Below are positions 30,973 to 41,001 of a DNA stretch of 64,000 bases, one piece after another. Source of the stretch: Leptospiraceae bacterium. Its GTDB lineage: Bacteria; Spirochaetota; Leptospiria; Leptospirales; Leptonemataceae. The translations under genes and the position numbers were made by a program. The DNA lies in assembly GCA_040217195.1 (NCBI GenBank), contig JAVJNR010000003.1:224001-288000 (forward strand), in the 5' to 3' direction. The notes beneath the pieces are model-generated. The model did not search any database, was not told where the DNA came from, and saw nothing but the letters and a program-made list of their open reading frames with translations. How positions within the stretch are numbered: position 1 is the stretch's first letter; each line of letters starts with the position of its first letter.

Positions 30973-33900
30973 TCAATGGCGCACCAGGTGCACGCTGGAC
31001 CCGGAGCTTGTTTTTTTCAAATGCAGCTGGCAGGGTATAGTGCGTTTTAGTTCGGATACATGAGAGATAATTCCCACCATTCGGTTTTCGCGGATCTCCT
31101 CCAGAATGTTCATGGCCCGATTCAAGGCCTCTTCATCAAGTGTACCGAAGCCCTCGTCCAGAAATAGAGAATCCATTTCAATAGTGCCTGCTCGCTCCTG
31201 TATGACGTCTGCAAGTCCCAGAGCCAGGGACAGAGATGCCAGAAACTTTTCTCCTCCGGATAGCGATTTGACGCTTCGCGGCACTCCTGTATGGGCATCC
31301 ATAATGTCCAGATTCAGTCCAGTTTGCCGGTTCTGATGCTCAATATCTGCATTCACTATCAGAGCGTATCTGCCGTCGGAAAGCCTGGAAAGTCTGTGAT
31401 TCGCATGGTCCGTAACATCCCTCAGATAGTAATTCAGAACAAAATTCTCAAAGTTTACCTTCTTGCGATTGAAACCGGCCAGGTCATCTGCTAACTGGAA
31501 CAGAGCTCGGTTCTGAGTTTGAAGATTCTTGATTCGCTCCTGTAGCTCGGATCGTCGCTTCTTCTGTCTGGTAATTTCCTCCAGCGCCGATCGCTTGCCT
31601 TCAATTTCCTTTTCCAGTGCATCCACTCTAATGCCAATCTGCTGGATCTGATCTGCAACGATTTGAGCATCCGGTCTGGTCTTCCCGAAAAGCTCCTTTT
31701 TCAAGTTTTTGAGAATAGTCTGAACCCGCTCCAGATTCCTGTCAAAGTCCTGGAGTCGCTCATTCTGTATGACGAACTCTTTCTCATCCATGGAAGCCTG
31801 GCGTACCTGATCCATGGATTCAAACCCGGCTTTCTTTAGCTGCTTTTCAAGGCTCTTAAGCCTATCCTTTTTTTCCAGGGATGCCTGTTTGAGTTGCTCT
31901 TCCACGGACTTCAGGTTTGCCTGATTGCTACTGCTGGCCTCGGCATGCTCCCTTTCCATTCTATCGATAGACGCCATGTCTGTTTCAATTTGTGCAGATT
32001 CATCTTTCAACGATTCCAGGCTTTGCTGGATGTCTTTGCGACCGCCCAGGTCCTCCTGCATCGATTTCAGGCTGGCTGTTACCGAGGAGATCTCAGTCTG
32101 TAATTTCTGTAGTTTTTTTCGCTCCGGCTCCAGTATTCCCAGCACAGAGACTTCGCTGGATTGCAGCTGCTTTCGAATGGTTTTCATTTCCTGAATCTTC
32201 GATTTCGCTGTCTGAGCCTGATTCAGTCTCTCTGCCAGAGAGTCCACCGCCGCATTCTGTTGCTCAATAAGATCTTTTGCAATCAGATTCAGCTCTTTCA
32301 GGGCCCGGGTATCTATGTCACCTGGATTATCCTCAGAATTCGATACTGATAGACGCATCGTCTCGATTAGTTTCTTCGAATCCCTGACCGATGGTTGGCC
32401 CGGAGCATCAACGCCGGCCTCGTCATCCACCGGTTTTTTAACGTTAGCCTCGCCGGAGTTATCCAGCCAGATCTCGAATGTATCCAGTTCGCTCATCAGT
32501 GCTGCAATTTCCGCTGCCATTGTAGCATCTATGGCGGCCAAATCCGCTCTAGAATGCTCCAGATTGGTCCTGGCAGCTTCCAGTTTCTCCTCTTCGGTAA
32601 ATACCTCCTCCTGCAGATGCGCAGGACCAGGATGTTCGGTGGAGCCACAAACTGGACAGGCCTGGCCACTGATCAGGTCCTGGGCCAGGTTGGCAGCCAC
32701 AGAAGCGTTTTTTTGAGTCTCCCATTTCCGGTACTCTGCCTCATTTACCAGAAGGTTCTTGTTGGTTCTTTCCTTCTTCTCTGACTGTTCCAGCAGATGA
32801 ACCGATTGAGCAGAAATACTCTTTAGATGGTCCAGACCTGCCCGACCGGCAGTTAGCAATTCATAAATTCCGTCGCTTTTGTCCGCGGCTGCATCCAGAT
32901 CTTCCAGAGTTTGATCCGTCTGCTCTAGTTGTTCGCGGAGTTTTTTAAGTTCCGACTCATTTTCTTCGATGGATTTTCGATTCTTTTTTTCTTCCTGATC
33001 TAAACTCTCTAATTGATTGCGAACCAATTCCAGGTTCCTTTCCTTGTCTATCAGTGGCTGCAATTGCCCCATTTCTGCCTGAAGGGACTGCCATTTCTTG
33101 CTCAGGGACTTCTTGCGTTCTGCTTCCTTTTCGAGAAAGGATTCATTCTGGAGCAATGAATCCTTTTCATTTTCCAGCTCTACTCTTCGCTTTTCTAATT
33201 CACGAGTCTCCAGGTCCAGTCTATCAATCTCCTGAAGATAGGGAATCAAAGAGTTCGCTTTTTCAGCCAGAGAGATCTGATGTCGCAGCTTCTCCATTTC
33301 TGCGCTGCTGCTGGCTAATCGCCTTTCTTCTGATTCATATTTTTCCTGCTCTTCGAATCGTCCAATCAGTGCATTTTCTTTTTCCTGCTGGCGAACGCTG
33401 GCTTCCAGGTTTGCCCGGGCTCGAATTCTTTCCTTTTCCAGAGTTTCCAGTTCAGTGGAGAGTTCTTCTTCGCGCTCCGCATTTTCCAGACTCAGGGCTT
33501 CTTCCAGTTCTTCCAGCTGAGATTGTGCGGTTTTGATTTTCTGACTTTTTTCCTTTCTTCTTTCTGAAATCCGATCAGTGATGCGAAGATGTTCCTCGGT
33601 GGGAAAAAGCTTTCGCATAATCTCCTGTCTTCCCTTGCTATCCTCTTCCAGGAATTTCTGAAATTCGCCCTGGGGTAAAAGAATGATTTTGGAGAACTCC
33701 TCTCTGGATAGGTGCAGTAGTTCCACAACAAAGCGATTCAAATCTGAGAGTTTAGCTGCTTCAGGGACCGGAACTTCTTTTTTATCCTCTCCTCGTAACT
33801 CAAAAATAGACTGATCCTTCCTTGGATTCAGCTCTCCTTTTCGGTTGCGAGAAAAAGTAAGACTGCGCTGAATTCTATAGACTTTACCTCTAGCCCTGAA

Positions 33901-34137
33901 GTCCAGTATGACCCGCGCCGTTCCCTGCTCATCGGAGAAGTTGGATTTGATTCGCAGGGGATCCCTGGTTCCTGGAAGTTCTCCGTAGAGGGCATACACC
34001 ATGCCATCGAACAGGGAAGTTTTTCCACTACCGGTGGGTCCACTGATCAGGAAGATCTCATCCAGTTCTGTGAAATCCACCATCTGGGAATCCAGAAAAG
34101 GACCAAAGTTTTCCAGGACCAACTTTAGCGGTTTCAA
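30973..34137 (-). CDS. sbcC: SMC-family ATPase SbcC
   Basis: Walker A GPTGSGKT, LLPQGEF, zinc hook CPVCGS, LSGGE, LFLDEGFGTLD, IISH. Confidence 0.97.
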   Translation of the reverse strand: MKPLKLVLENFGPFLDSQMVDFTELDEIFLISGPTGSGKTSLFDGMVYALYGELPGTRDPLRIKSNFSDEQGTARVILDFRARGKVYRIQRSLTFSRNRKGELNPRKDQSIFELRGEDKKEVPVPEAAKLSDLNRFVVELLHLSREEFSKIILLPQGEFQKFLEEDSKGRQEIMRKLFPTEEHLRITDRISERRKEKSQKIKTAQSQLEELEEALSLENAEREEELSTELETLEKERIRARANLEASVRQQEKENALIGRFEEQEKYESEERRLASSSAEMEKLRHQISLAEKANSLIPYLQEIDRLDLETRELEKRRVELENEKDSLLQNESFLEKEAERKKSLSKKWQSLQAEMGQLQPLIDKERNLELVRNQLESLDQEEKKNRKSIEENESELKKLREQLEQTDQTLEDLDAAADKSDGIYELLTAGRAGLDHLKSISAQSVHLLEQSEKKERTNKNLLVNEAEYRKWETQKNASVAANLAQDLISGQACPVCGSTEHPGPAHLQEEVFTEEEKLEAARTNLEHSRADLAAIDATMAAEIAALMSELDTFEIWLDNSGEANVKKPVDDEAGVDAPGQPSVRDSKKLIETMRLSVSNSEDNPGDIDTRALKELNLIAKDLIEQQNAAVDSLAERLNQAQTAKSKIQEMKTIRKQLQSSEVSVLGILEPERKKLQKLQTEISSVTASLKSMQEDLGGRKDIQQSLESLKDESAQIETDMASIDRMEREHAEASSSNQANLKSVEEQLKQASLEKKDRLKSLEKQLKKAGFESMDQVRQASMDEKEFVIQNERLQDFDRNLERVQTILKNLKKELFGKTRPDAQIVADQIQQIGIRVDALEKEIEGKRSALEEITRQKKRRSELQERIKNLQTQNRALFQLADDLAGFNRKKVNFENFVLNYYLRDVTDHANHRLSRLSDGRYALIVNADIEHQNRQTGLNLDIMDAHTGVPRSVKSLSGGEKFLASLSLALGLADVIQERAGTIEMDSLFLDEGFGTLDEEALNRAMNILEEIRENRMVGIISHVSELKRTIPCQLHLKKTSSGSSVHLVRH

Positions 34138-35603
34138 TCTGACTCTCCATCGGCTCTATTCTGCTTTTTCCTGGATGCTGGACTGCTGCCTTCGTCCTGT
34201 AGACCTGAAAGTGCTTTTTCGAATAGAGTGAGTTTTTCCGTCTGAAGATCCTTCGGTAGCTCTGCGCCTGCATCTTCAGGGCCCGGCTCATCGCCATACA
34301 GATACTGCTGGAAGGATTGAAAGTCGTCCTGCATGGAATTTCCGGTTCGTTCCGGGAATGGATCATTGTAGATTCGAGACGGATGAAGCTGACGCCGGAT
34401 GGACAGAAGAAATGGAAATCGCTGACTCAAGCCTTTCATAGGACTTCCGGCGATAGTCTCATCTTTCAATTCAATTTCCAGATAATGGTTCTTTACTTCT
34501 TCGAACTTATTGGATTCCAGTAGCTCATCATAGAATCCGGAAATCGTGGAAACCGGTCTCAATGGCTCCAATGGAATCTTCACAATATTTAGATCCACAT
34601 TACCGCCGGATTGGAACTTTGCTTTATCAGGGGATTTCGCATTCTCTGAAATTGTTCTAGAGCTAATTTCCTTCTTCTTGCTTGCTCTGGCAGTCCCCTT
34701 CTTTTTCGATTTTGTGCTTACTTTCTTATTATATTTCTCTGCCGGTTCCATCCCCTCGCCGGCAATAAGAGCGAGCTGTCCATTGGTTTCGGTTGCCTCT
34801 TCTGCGAAGGAATCTGCATTTTCTGAACTTTTCTCTGGCTTCGATTCATCCTCAATTTCTTCTTTCTGGATCTGCACGGATAGAAGGCATTTATCGTCGC
34901 TGGATTCAGAGAAGGAATAGGCAAGAGGGCTTCCACTGTAATGGGCATTTTCCGCCACTTTCTGTGGTCGATGCAGATGCCCCAGAGCTACGTAATCGAA
35001 TTTTTCCAGGATATGAATGTCGATCTCACCGCTGGCTCCTACAAAAGCTCTTTCTGAATCCGAGGTTCTGCCGCCGGTGGCAAATAGATGCGCGATTAAT
35101 ATATTCAGTCTCCGGGGATTCAGCTGGATATTTTCCAGAGCCGCTCGCAAGGCATTTTCATGGGTTCTGGTCTGATACTTCTCTTCCAGTGAAGTAAGAT
35201 CTAGATCGTAGGGAGAAAGAAAAGGAATTCCGTAGATATCTGCTTTGCCAATGCGCACCGGTTTACCCACATCCTCCAGATCTGCCAGGAAATGAATATT
35301 CTGATCCTTTACGATGGTAGATAAATATGACAGTCGGGATGCACTGTCATGATTCCCGGGAATGAGCAATACGGGTATATCAATCTCACTGCGAAAGCGG
35401 GAAAGAAAATCGCTAAGTAGTTGAACCGCCTCTCTGGGAGGCACGCTTCTATCATATATGTCGCCGGCAATAATCAGCGCATGATGAGGATCCCTTTTCA
35501 GGACATCCAGTAGTTGATCTAAAAAGTGCTTCTGGTCTTCAATCAGAGAATGCTCATGCAAAGTCTTCCCCAGATGCCAGTCCGATGTATGCAGTAAACG
35601 CAT
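34134..35603 (-). CDS. sbcD: exonuclease SbcD
   Basis: LHTSDWHLG, AGDIYD, GNHDS, AH, YVALGHLH, YSGSPL.YSFSE; overlaps the sbcC start. Confidence 0.97.
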   Translation of the reverse strand: MRLLHTSDWHLGKTLHEHSLIEDQKHFLDQLLDVLKRDPHHALIIAGDIYDRSVPPREAVQLLSDFLSRFRSEIDIPVLLIPGNHDSASRLSYLSTIVKDQNIHFLADLEDVGKPVRIGKADIYGIPFLSPYDLDLTSLEEKYQTRTHENALRAALENIQLNPRRLNILIAHLFATGGRTSDSERAFVGASGEIDIHILEKFDYVALGHLHRPQKVAENAHYSGSPLAYSFSESSDDKCLLSVQIQKEEIEDESKPEKSSENADSFAEEATETNGQLALIAGEGMEPAEKYNKKVSTKSKKKGTARASKKKEISSRTISENAKSPDKAKFQSGGNVDLNIVKIPLEPLRPVSTISGFYDELLESNKFEEVKNHYLEIELKDETIAGSPMKGLSQRFPFLLSIRRQLHPSRIYNDPFPERTGNSMQDDFQSFQQYLYGDEPGPEDAGAELPKDLQTEKLTLFEKALSGLQDEGSSPASRKKQNRADGESD

Positions 35604-35956
35604 GTAACTCTCTCAATCCACAGTATGCATTGCAGTGCCAAGCATTTCGTTTCGAAAGCGGCAATAGAATTGAGCGATAGAGTGCTGCTGTAGCATAGAA
35701 TGAACCATACTAGATTCTTTCACAGGACTGTGACAGCTACAACTGGATGGAAATCAGAAAAATGAAATGTAAGGCAACTCTGGAAGGTGAATAGCCCGGA
35801 ATGGAACTCTACTGGAAAAAAACCGGACTGAATCATTCCCTGCCCGGCACAGGAAATCTTCTGCGCAGGGCCAATCAGCGGGGAAGATCTTCCAGGTTCC
35901 AGCCGACGGAGTCGTACAATACTAACATCAGCTCAGCAATCCGATATTACACAAAT

Positions 35957-36514
35957 TCAGGCAGCGTCCCTACCCTCTGGACCGGATTGCTCGCCTTCCG
36001 TTTCCGGGCTCCATTCGGAGGAAGCTCCATCTTCCAGAAATTCCATGCCCGCTTCATGCCTGAGCGCTTCATCCACTGCTTCGCGCAGTTCATCCTTATT
36101 CGGTTCTGCAAGAAATTCCGCTTCGTATCCACCGCCAGATTTGCGATAGGCTACCAGGGAGTATCCGTCAGCAATGCAATAGATACTACCGATGCATCCA
36201 TCTTCAAAGCCGCTGTACCAGGTTATAACCGGTTCAGCAAATGTAGATTGTAGCATATCCATGAAATCCCGATCGGCCATGGTATGCCATTCCGTGGGAT
36301 CTAGAGTCATTACACGAACGATTTCATTTTCTCGATCGTAGTCAGCCATACCGACCAACTCTTCATCACAATAGAATTCCAGGTCAAACTCCAGCTCATT
36401 GCGATCTTCCGGTCCCGGAACTACCTCCGGATTCTGCTTGCGTAGCTCCTCAGGAATACACAGAGCCAGGCCCGTAGAGCCTTCTTCACTTCTGAGAAAT
36501 CGATCCAGCTTCAT
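35957..36514 (-). CDS. hypothetical acidic protein (paralog of 36798-37535)
   Basis: GGAGG RBS; FLRS..ST, LDPTEWH..DRDF. Confidence 0.75.
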   Translation of the reverse strand: MKLDRFLRSEEGSTGLALCIPEELRKQNPEVVPGPEDRNELEFDLEFYCDEELVGMADYDRENEIVRVMTLDPTEWHTMADRDFMDMLQSTFAEPVITWYSGFEDGCIGSIYCIADGYSLVAYRKSGGGYEAEFLAEPNKDELREAVDEALRHEAGMEFLEDGASSEWSPETEGEQSGPEGRDAA

Positions 36515-36797
36515 TTTGCCTCCGGAGCGTCATGATCTTTGCAGGACCCGGCCAGGGCCTCTGGCGCCCATACCAATTACAGCGCCAGGAGCTGCAAAGT
36601 ACAAGGAAAATGTTGGTCATTCAGGTTTTTTTTCCCGTTTCCGGGCCCAAATCGGCCTTACAGTCTCCCTGAGACTAATTCCTGTGTTCTGGCTCTGTGG
36701 CCCACATCTTTTTAGGACATTTTTTTTGCGATGCAGAATTCATCCTGAGCACTGCGGTCCAGAACGGAAGTACCACTCGAATTATCCAGCCCCGATT

Positions 36798-37535
36798 TTA
36801 GAGCGATTCGCCCAGTTCCTGCAGGCCCCCGGGGTAATAGAATTCCATGGTATATCGATTCTCGGATTCCTTGAATATTAGCAGGGAGCTGTCCTCTTCA
36901 TCGCTACGAATCTGTGCCAGAGCTCCCCAGCCATAGCCCAGGTACCAGTTGATTCCAGGGCTTTTTAGTGCCAGAGCGGCCCTTTGTACAAAGTCCCGAT
37001 CCTTTGCAGAATGCCATTCCGTGGGTTCCAGAGTGATTAGAGTGGCCCTTTCCTGCTTCAACTCGTAACAGATCAAACCACGAAACTGACCATCCTCATG
37101 CATCCGAATTTCTGCATTTAGTGGAAGCGGTGGGAATACAGAACCTGACTCCAAATTAAGGGAGAGCAGATCTGTGGCTGATTTCAGGCTGCCATCCATC
37201 GAAAGGTTTGAAGGGTCATTCTCGGAATGGCCCTGTTTTTTTGAGCGGCCAGATGCTCTTTCCTGCCTGGCAGAAAGGTTTTGTTCCGCTCCCGCCAGAG
37301 CGTCCTCTTCTACCGACGCAGATTGATCGAAACTGAACCTGCAACCACCGGCATTACTTTGAAACGTTACCTCCACTTCCTCCGGATAAGAGGATTCATA
37401 ATCCTTCCAGAGGTGCTCGGATTCTTTTTCCTGGTCCCATTCAAGCTCCGGATCCATTTCCAGTATACTGGCTGGAATTATGCTGCAAAGCTCGGTAGAG
37501 GAATAAGGACTTCTCAAAAATTCGGACAATCGCAT
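36798..37535 (-). CDS. hypothetical protein (paralog of 35957-36514)
   Basis: GGAG RBS; FLRS..ST, LEPTEWH..DRDF. Confidence 0.75.
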   Translation of the reverse strand: MRLSEFLRSPYSSTELCSIIPASILEMDPELEWDQEKESEHLWKDYESSYPEEVEVTFQSNAGGCRFSFDQSASVEEDALAGAEQNLSARQERASGRSKKQGHSENDPSNLSMDGSLKSATDLLSLNLESGSVFPPLPLNAEIRMHEDGQFRGLICYELKQERATLITLEPTEWHSAKDRDFVQRAALALKSPGINWYLGYGWGALAQIRSDEEDSSLLIFKESENRYTMEFYYPGGLQELGESL

Positions 37536-37650
37536 GGCTATCTCCCGGAAAGGTTAATTCTCTTTCCTTGCTAATGCACATACTACAGGCATACTGTGAC
37601 AACTTTCTGGCCTTGACAGGGAGACAATTGTAAGCATTTCCTCAACCAGA

Positions 37651-38622
37651 ATGTTTGAAACCCTGAATCAGAAATTAAAGTCCTTCCTGAACCCGGCCAA
37701 CAAGAACCCTGTGGCACGACATTTCCGCGAACCGGAATACGTCCAGGACCAGGAAAGCAGAAAAAGCCAGGTGCTATTTCTTAAACTGTTAATGGCAATC
37801 GCCGGATCCGATGGCAAAATCGATCCTCAGGAATACGAACTACTCCAGGACTATGCTTTTAGTAATGCATTGAATGAAACCGAATGGAGAGAGATTCAGT
37901 TCTTCGCACATGCCCGTCTGGATGATACAGAAATGGAATCCATGATTCAATCCCTGGAAAAAGAGGTTCGTTCCAGAGCTCAAAAGGAAGATTTTCTAAA
38001 GGCCATTCAGGAAATGGTGGAAGCCGATCAAATCCTGGCAGACCGGGAAAGAGAAATCATCCAGGGACTGCAATCCAGATTGCAGAATGTAGAAACCAGT
38101 ATTCTGGATAATACAGTAAAATCACTGGGCCGGGCTCTAAAGAGTCAGAGTCCTTCCGCGGTGGATGAAAATGCAAATCTGTATTCTTTGAATCCTGTGG
38201 CTGCCATCCTGAAGCAAGAGATTCCCTATCAGGGATTTAATCATGAAATTATTGGTGCTCGCCTGGGATTAATGCTCGTACTGATCCATTCCGACGATGA
38301 AATCCAGAGCAAAGAGCTAAAAGCCTTCATAGAGCTGACTGCGAAGCAACTGGGTCGATCAGAGTCACAGAGCGAAGATCTGGCCCGTCGTCTTCTGGGT
38401 ATCCCTCCCTCCCATTTTGAGCTCTCGCACCTTGGTCGATTGCTGGTAGAGAATCTAACCGAAGAAGCCCGGCAGGAATGGCTGATTTCACTTTTTCGCA
38501 TGGCCCATGCGGATGGAATCTACCATGAAGAAGAAGACCGACAGATGCGACTGATTTCGCGCTTTCTTCTATTGAATACTCGACAATTCCTGGAAGCTAG
38601 AAAAGTGGTCACCGGAAACTAG
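37651..38622 (+). CDS. TerB family protein with two TerB-like domains
   Basis: IAGSDGKIDPQE/MVEADQILADRE and IHSDDEIQSKE/MAHADGIYHEEE. Confidence 0.85.
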   Translation: MFETLNQKLKSFLNPANKNPVARHFREPEYVQDQESRKSQVLFLKLLMAIAGSDGKIDPQEYELLQDYAFSNALNETEWREIQFFAHARLDDTEMESMIQSLEKEVRSRAQKEDFLKAIQEMVEADQILADREREIIQGLQSRLQNVETSILDNTVKSLGRALKSQSPSAVDENANLYSLNPVAAILKQEIPYQGFNHEIIGARLGLMLVLIHSDDEIQSKELKAFIELTAKQLGRSESQSEDLARRLLGIPPSHFELSHLGRLLVENLTEEARQEWLISLFRMAHADGIYHEEEDRQMRLISRFLLLNTRQFLEARKVVTGN

Positions 38623-38923
38623 AATTCCATTTTCGTAAGAGGCATTCATTCCGAGTCGCACGCCAGCTTGCATTCTTGCATTTTATCCTGCAGAAGTTAA
38701 GGAGCCCGGGGGCGAAAAAAATTACTAGGGTCGGCATGCGGAACTTCCATAAATTCCTGGTATGGCCTGCCCCTGAAGTCCTTTGATTCCGATCATTCGG
38801 TAGTTGAGGCTGGCCGGGTTTGGTGTCCCTCCCGTCGTAGCAGGCAATAGAAAACCTTTCTGAATTGGCCCGGGAATGCGGTTTCCGTTGGACTGTAGCA
38901 AAGGCCAATGATTTTTCTGGGAT

Positions 38924-39922
38924 ATGCAGAAGACTTTGATCGGCGCTATAGCAAGTCACGATTCCGTTCGCAAGAATGTAGAATTCTCCACCATCCTTCG
39001 ACTATTATACGAAAAGGATCGTGAGCTTCTATCCGAGTTTCACTTTCTCATGACCAGAGGAACGTTTAACCGATGCGTTCTGGGTAAAGATGTGGGAGAT
39101 TTCAAGGAAGCAGGGCAACTTACAGGCCTGGAATCTCCGGTTCGAGAGTTCATGATTGAAAATACGACCATCCTTCCGCGAAACCGGGACGGTGGAGTCA
39201 TACTGCTTTCCAACCTGATGGTCAAGAAGCGCTGCTCCCTTCTATGGACCTTTCTAACTCCTACAACCACTCACTGGATGAATCCGGAGCTTCTGGCTTT
39301 GATTCGACTTTCCGATGTGTGGAGAGCCAAGAGACTGTTGAATTTTGGATCTGTGGAGGAATGGTTTACCAGAGAAGCCCATCGCGATAAGAACCGAAGA
39401 CTGCAGCCCATCCCACCTGAGTTCAAACTTGCAGACGGAACAGTAATGAAAGCGCAACCCTCATCCAACGGCGCCACCAAGATTGAATTTCCCAGGAATT
39501 CTGTATCCTACAGTAGACAGAGCTTTGGCGACAAGACCATCGCTTTAATCGCTCACGATGAAATGAAACCCAGAATGATTGAATTCTGTGTGGATTTCGA
39601 ATTCGAACTGGCCAGATTTAAGAGAATACTTACTACCGGTACCACCGGAAAAAAGATCATGGATTCTACTTCCATGCTCAAGGATCGCATCGTACCACTG
39701 AACTCGGGACCTCTGGGAGGCGACATTGAAATTGCTGTGGAAGTTCTGTTCGATCAATGCGATGTAATTATTTTCTTCGTAGATCCATTGCATCCTCATC
39801 CTCATACAGATGACATTCGGGTGGTCTTTGCAGCAGCCATGCGAACTCCTACAGTTAGAGTACTGGCCAATGAAATGCAGGCCAGGGAATGGATGGATCG
39901 GGTAGTCCGTGAAAGCGATTGA
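38924..39922 (+). CDS. mgsA: methylglyoxal synthase with an extra degenerate N-terminal MGS-like domain
   Basis: C-terminal IALIAHDEMK, TTGTTG, SGPLGGD, FFVDPL, HPHTDD. Confidence 0.8.
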   Translation: MQKTLIGAIASHDSVRKNVEFSTILRLLYEKDRELLSEFHFLMTRGTFNRCVLGKDVGDFKEAGQLTGLESPVREFMIENTTILPRNRDGGVILLSNLMVKKRCSLLWTFLTPTTTHWMNPELLALIRLSDVWRAKRLLNFGSVEEWFTREAHRDKNRRLQPIPPEFKLADGTVMKAQPSSNGATKIEFPRNSVSYSRQSFGDKTIALIAHDEMKPRMIEFCVDFEFELARFKRILTTGTTGKKIMDSTSMLKDRIVPLNSGPLGGDIEIAVEVLFDQCDVIIFFVDPLHPHPHTDDIRVVFAAAMRTPTVRVLANEMQAREWMDRVVRESD

Positions 39923-40007
39923 TGGCTCCGAGAAAAGTCTACCAGCGACGGTATCTGTAATTCTTCTGCTCTCTGAATTCCTGCAGACTGAACATTGGAG
40001 ATCTTGA

Positions 40008-40880
40008 ATGGAATTTCGCCAGATACGCTACTTTATAGAAATCCACAGACAGGGCTCCTTCGTAAAGGCTGCATCGGCCCTGGGACTCACCCAGCCTGCT
40101 CTTTCCAGGCAGATTGCACTTCTGGAACGGGAATTAAAGCAGCCTCTATTTAATCGATCCTCTCGCAAAATCTCTCTTACCCTGGCAGGCCAGAAATTGC
40201 TCGAACAGGCCGTGGCATTAAACGATCTGTGGCAGGAAACCCTGGAGGCAGTACAGACCAAAAGCCAATCCCTTTCTGGAGACTATAAGATTTCAACAGG
40301 CGGAACTATCGCAGCCTATGTATTGCCCTCGCTACTAAAAGATCTGCGAAAAAGACATCCAGCATTGGCAGTTCAGGTTCTGGAAGGCGATCTTCGTTCA
40401 AGTAAAGAGGCATTACTCTGGGGCGAGGCAGATCTGGGCATTCTAACGGAATCGGAGTATCATCCAGAATTGGATCAACGGGATTTTCTCAAAGATGAGA
40501 TCCTGCCGGTAGTCTCCAGAAAACATCCACTGGCATCGCGAAGCAGACTGAAATGGCAGGATCTATTGAACGAGGAATTTGTATTCTACCATCCCTACTC
40601 GGCCATACGAAAAACCATCGAAGAACATTTGAACAATCAGGGCATACGTTTCCCTTTCCGGGTTACCATGGAATTAAGAAGCGTGGATGCGGTCATTCGC
40701 TCCGTGGAAGCAGGCCTGGGTATTGGATTTATTTCTCGCAGAAGTGTGAACAAATCTTTGTTTGTACTGCCTGTAAAAGAACTGGTTGCTGTGCGAAACT
40801 TCCATCTATCCTGGCGCAGGGGCCGACCTGGCCTTTTACCGGTAGTAGAGACGATCCTGGAATCCGGCCGGAATCTGTAA
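40008..40880 (+). CDS. LysR family regulator
   Basis: MEFRQIRYF...GSFVKAASALGLTQPALSRQIALLE. Confidence 0.95.
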   Translation: MEFRQIRYFIEIHRQGSFVKAASALGLTQPALSRQIALLERELKQPLFNRSSRKISLTLAGQKLLEQAVALNDLWQETLEAVQTKSQSLSGDYKISTGGTIAAYVLPSLLKDLRKRHPALAVQVLEGDLRSSKEALLWGEADLGILTESEYHPELDQRDFLKDEILPVVSRKHPLASRSRLKWQDLLNEEFVFYHPYSAIRKTIEEHLNNQGIRFPFRVTMELRSVDAVIRSVEAGLGIGFISRRSVNKSLFVLPVKELVAVRNFHLSWRRGRPGLLPVVETILESGRNL

Positions 40881-40947
40881 GAGACTCATTACATCTGGTT
40901 ATACACTCTATTACCTCTTATTATTTCTCGATATAAGACTTCTGACC

Positions 40948-40979
40948 TATAATAGATTCAGTCCAAAAAGACTGAATCT
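40948..40979 (+). promoter_or_regulatory. -10 box followed by a perfect 10-bp inverted repeat upstream of leuC
   Basis: TATAAT at 40948-40953; AGATTCAGTC-CAAAAA-GACTGAATCT. Confidence 0.55.
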
Positions 40980-41001
40980 GAGTTTAGCAGGAGAACTTTG
41001 T

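Noticed and set aside
31106..35197. Numerous plus-strand ORFs within sbcCD
   Set aside because: These are antisense shadows of coiled-coil coding sequence.
30973..38622. sbcCD plus terB as an anti-phage defence island
   Set aside because: SbcC and SbcD have canonical housekeeping motifs, and no recognisable defence effector lies nearby.
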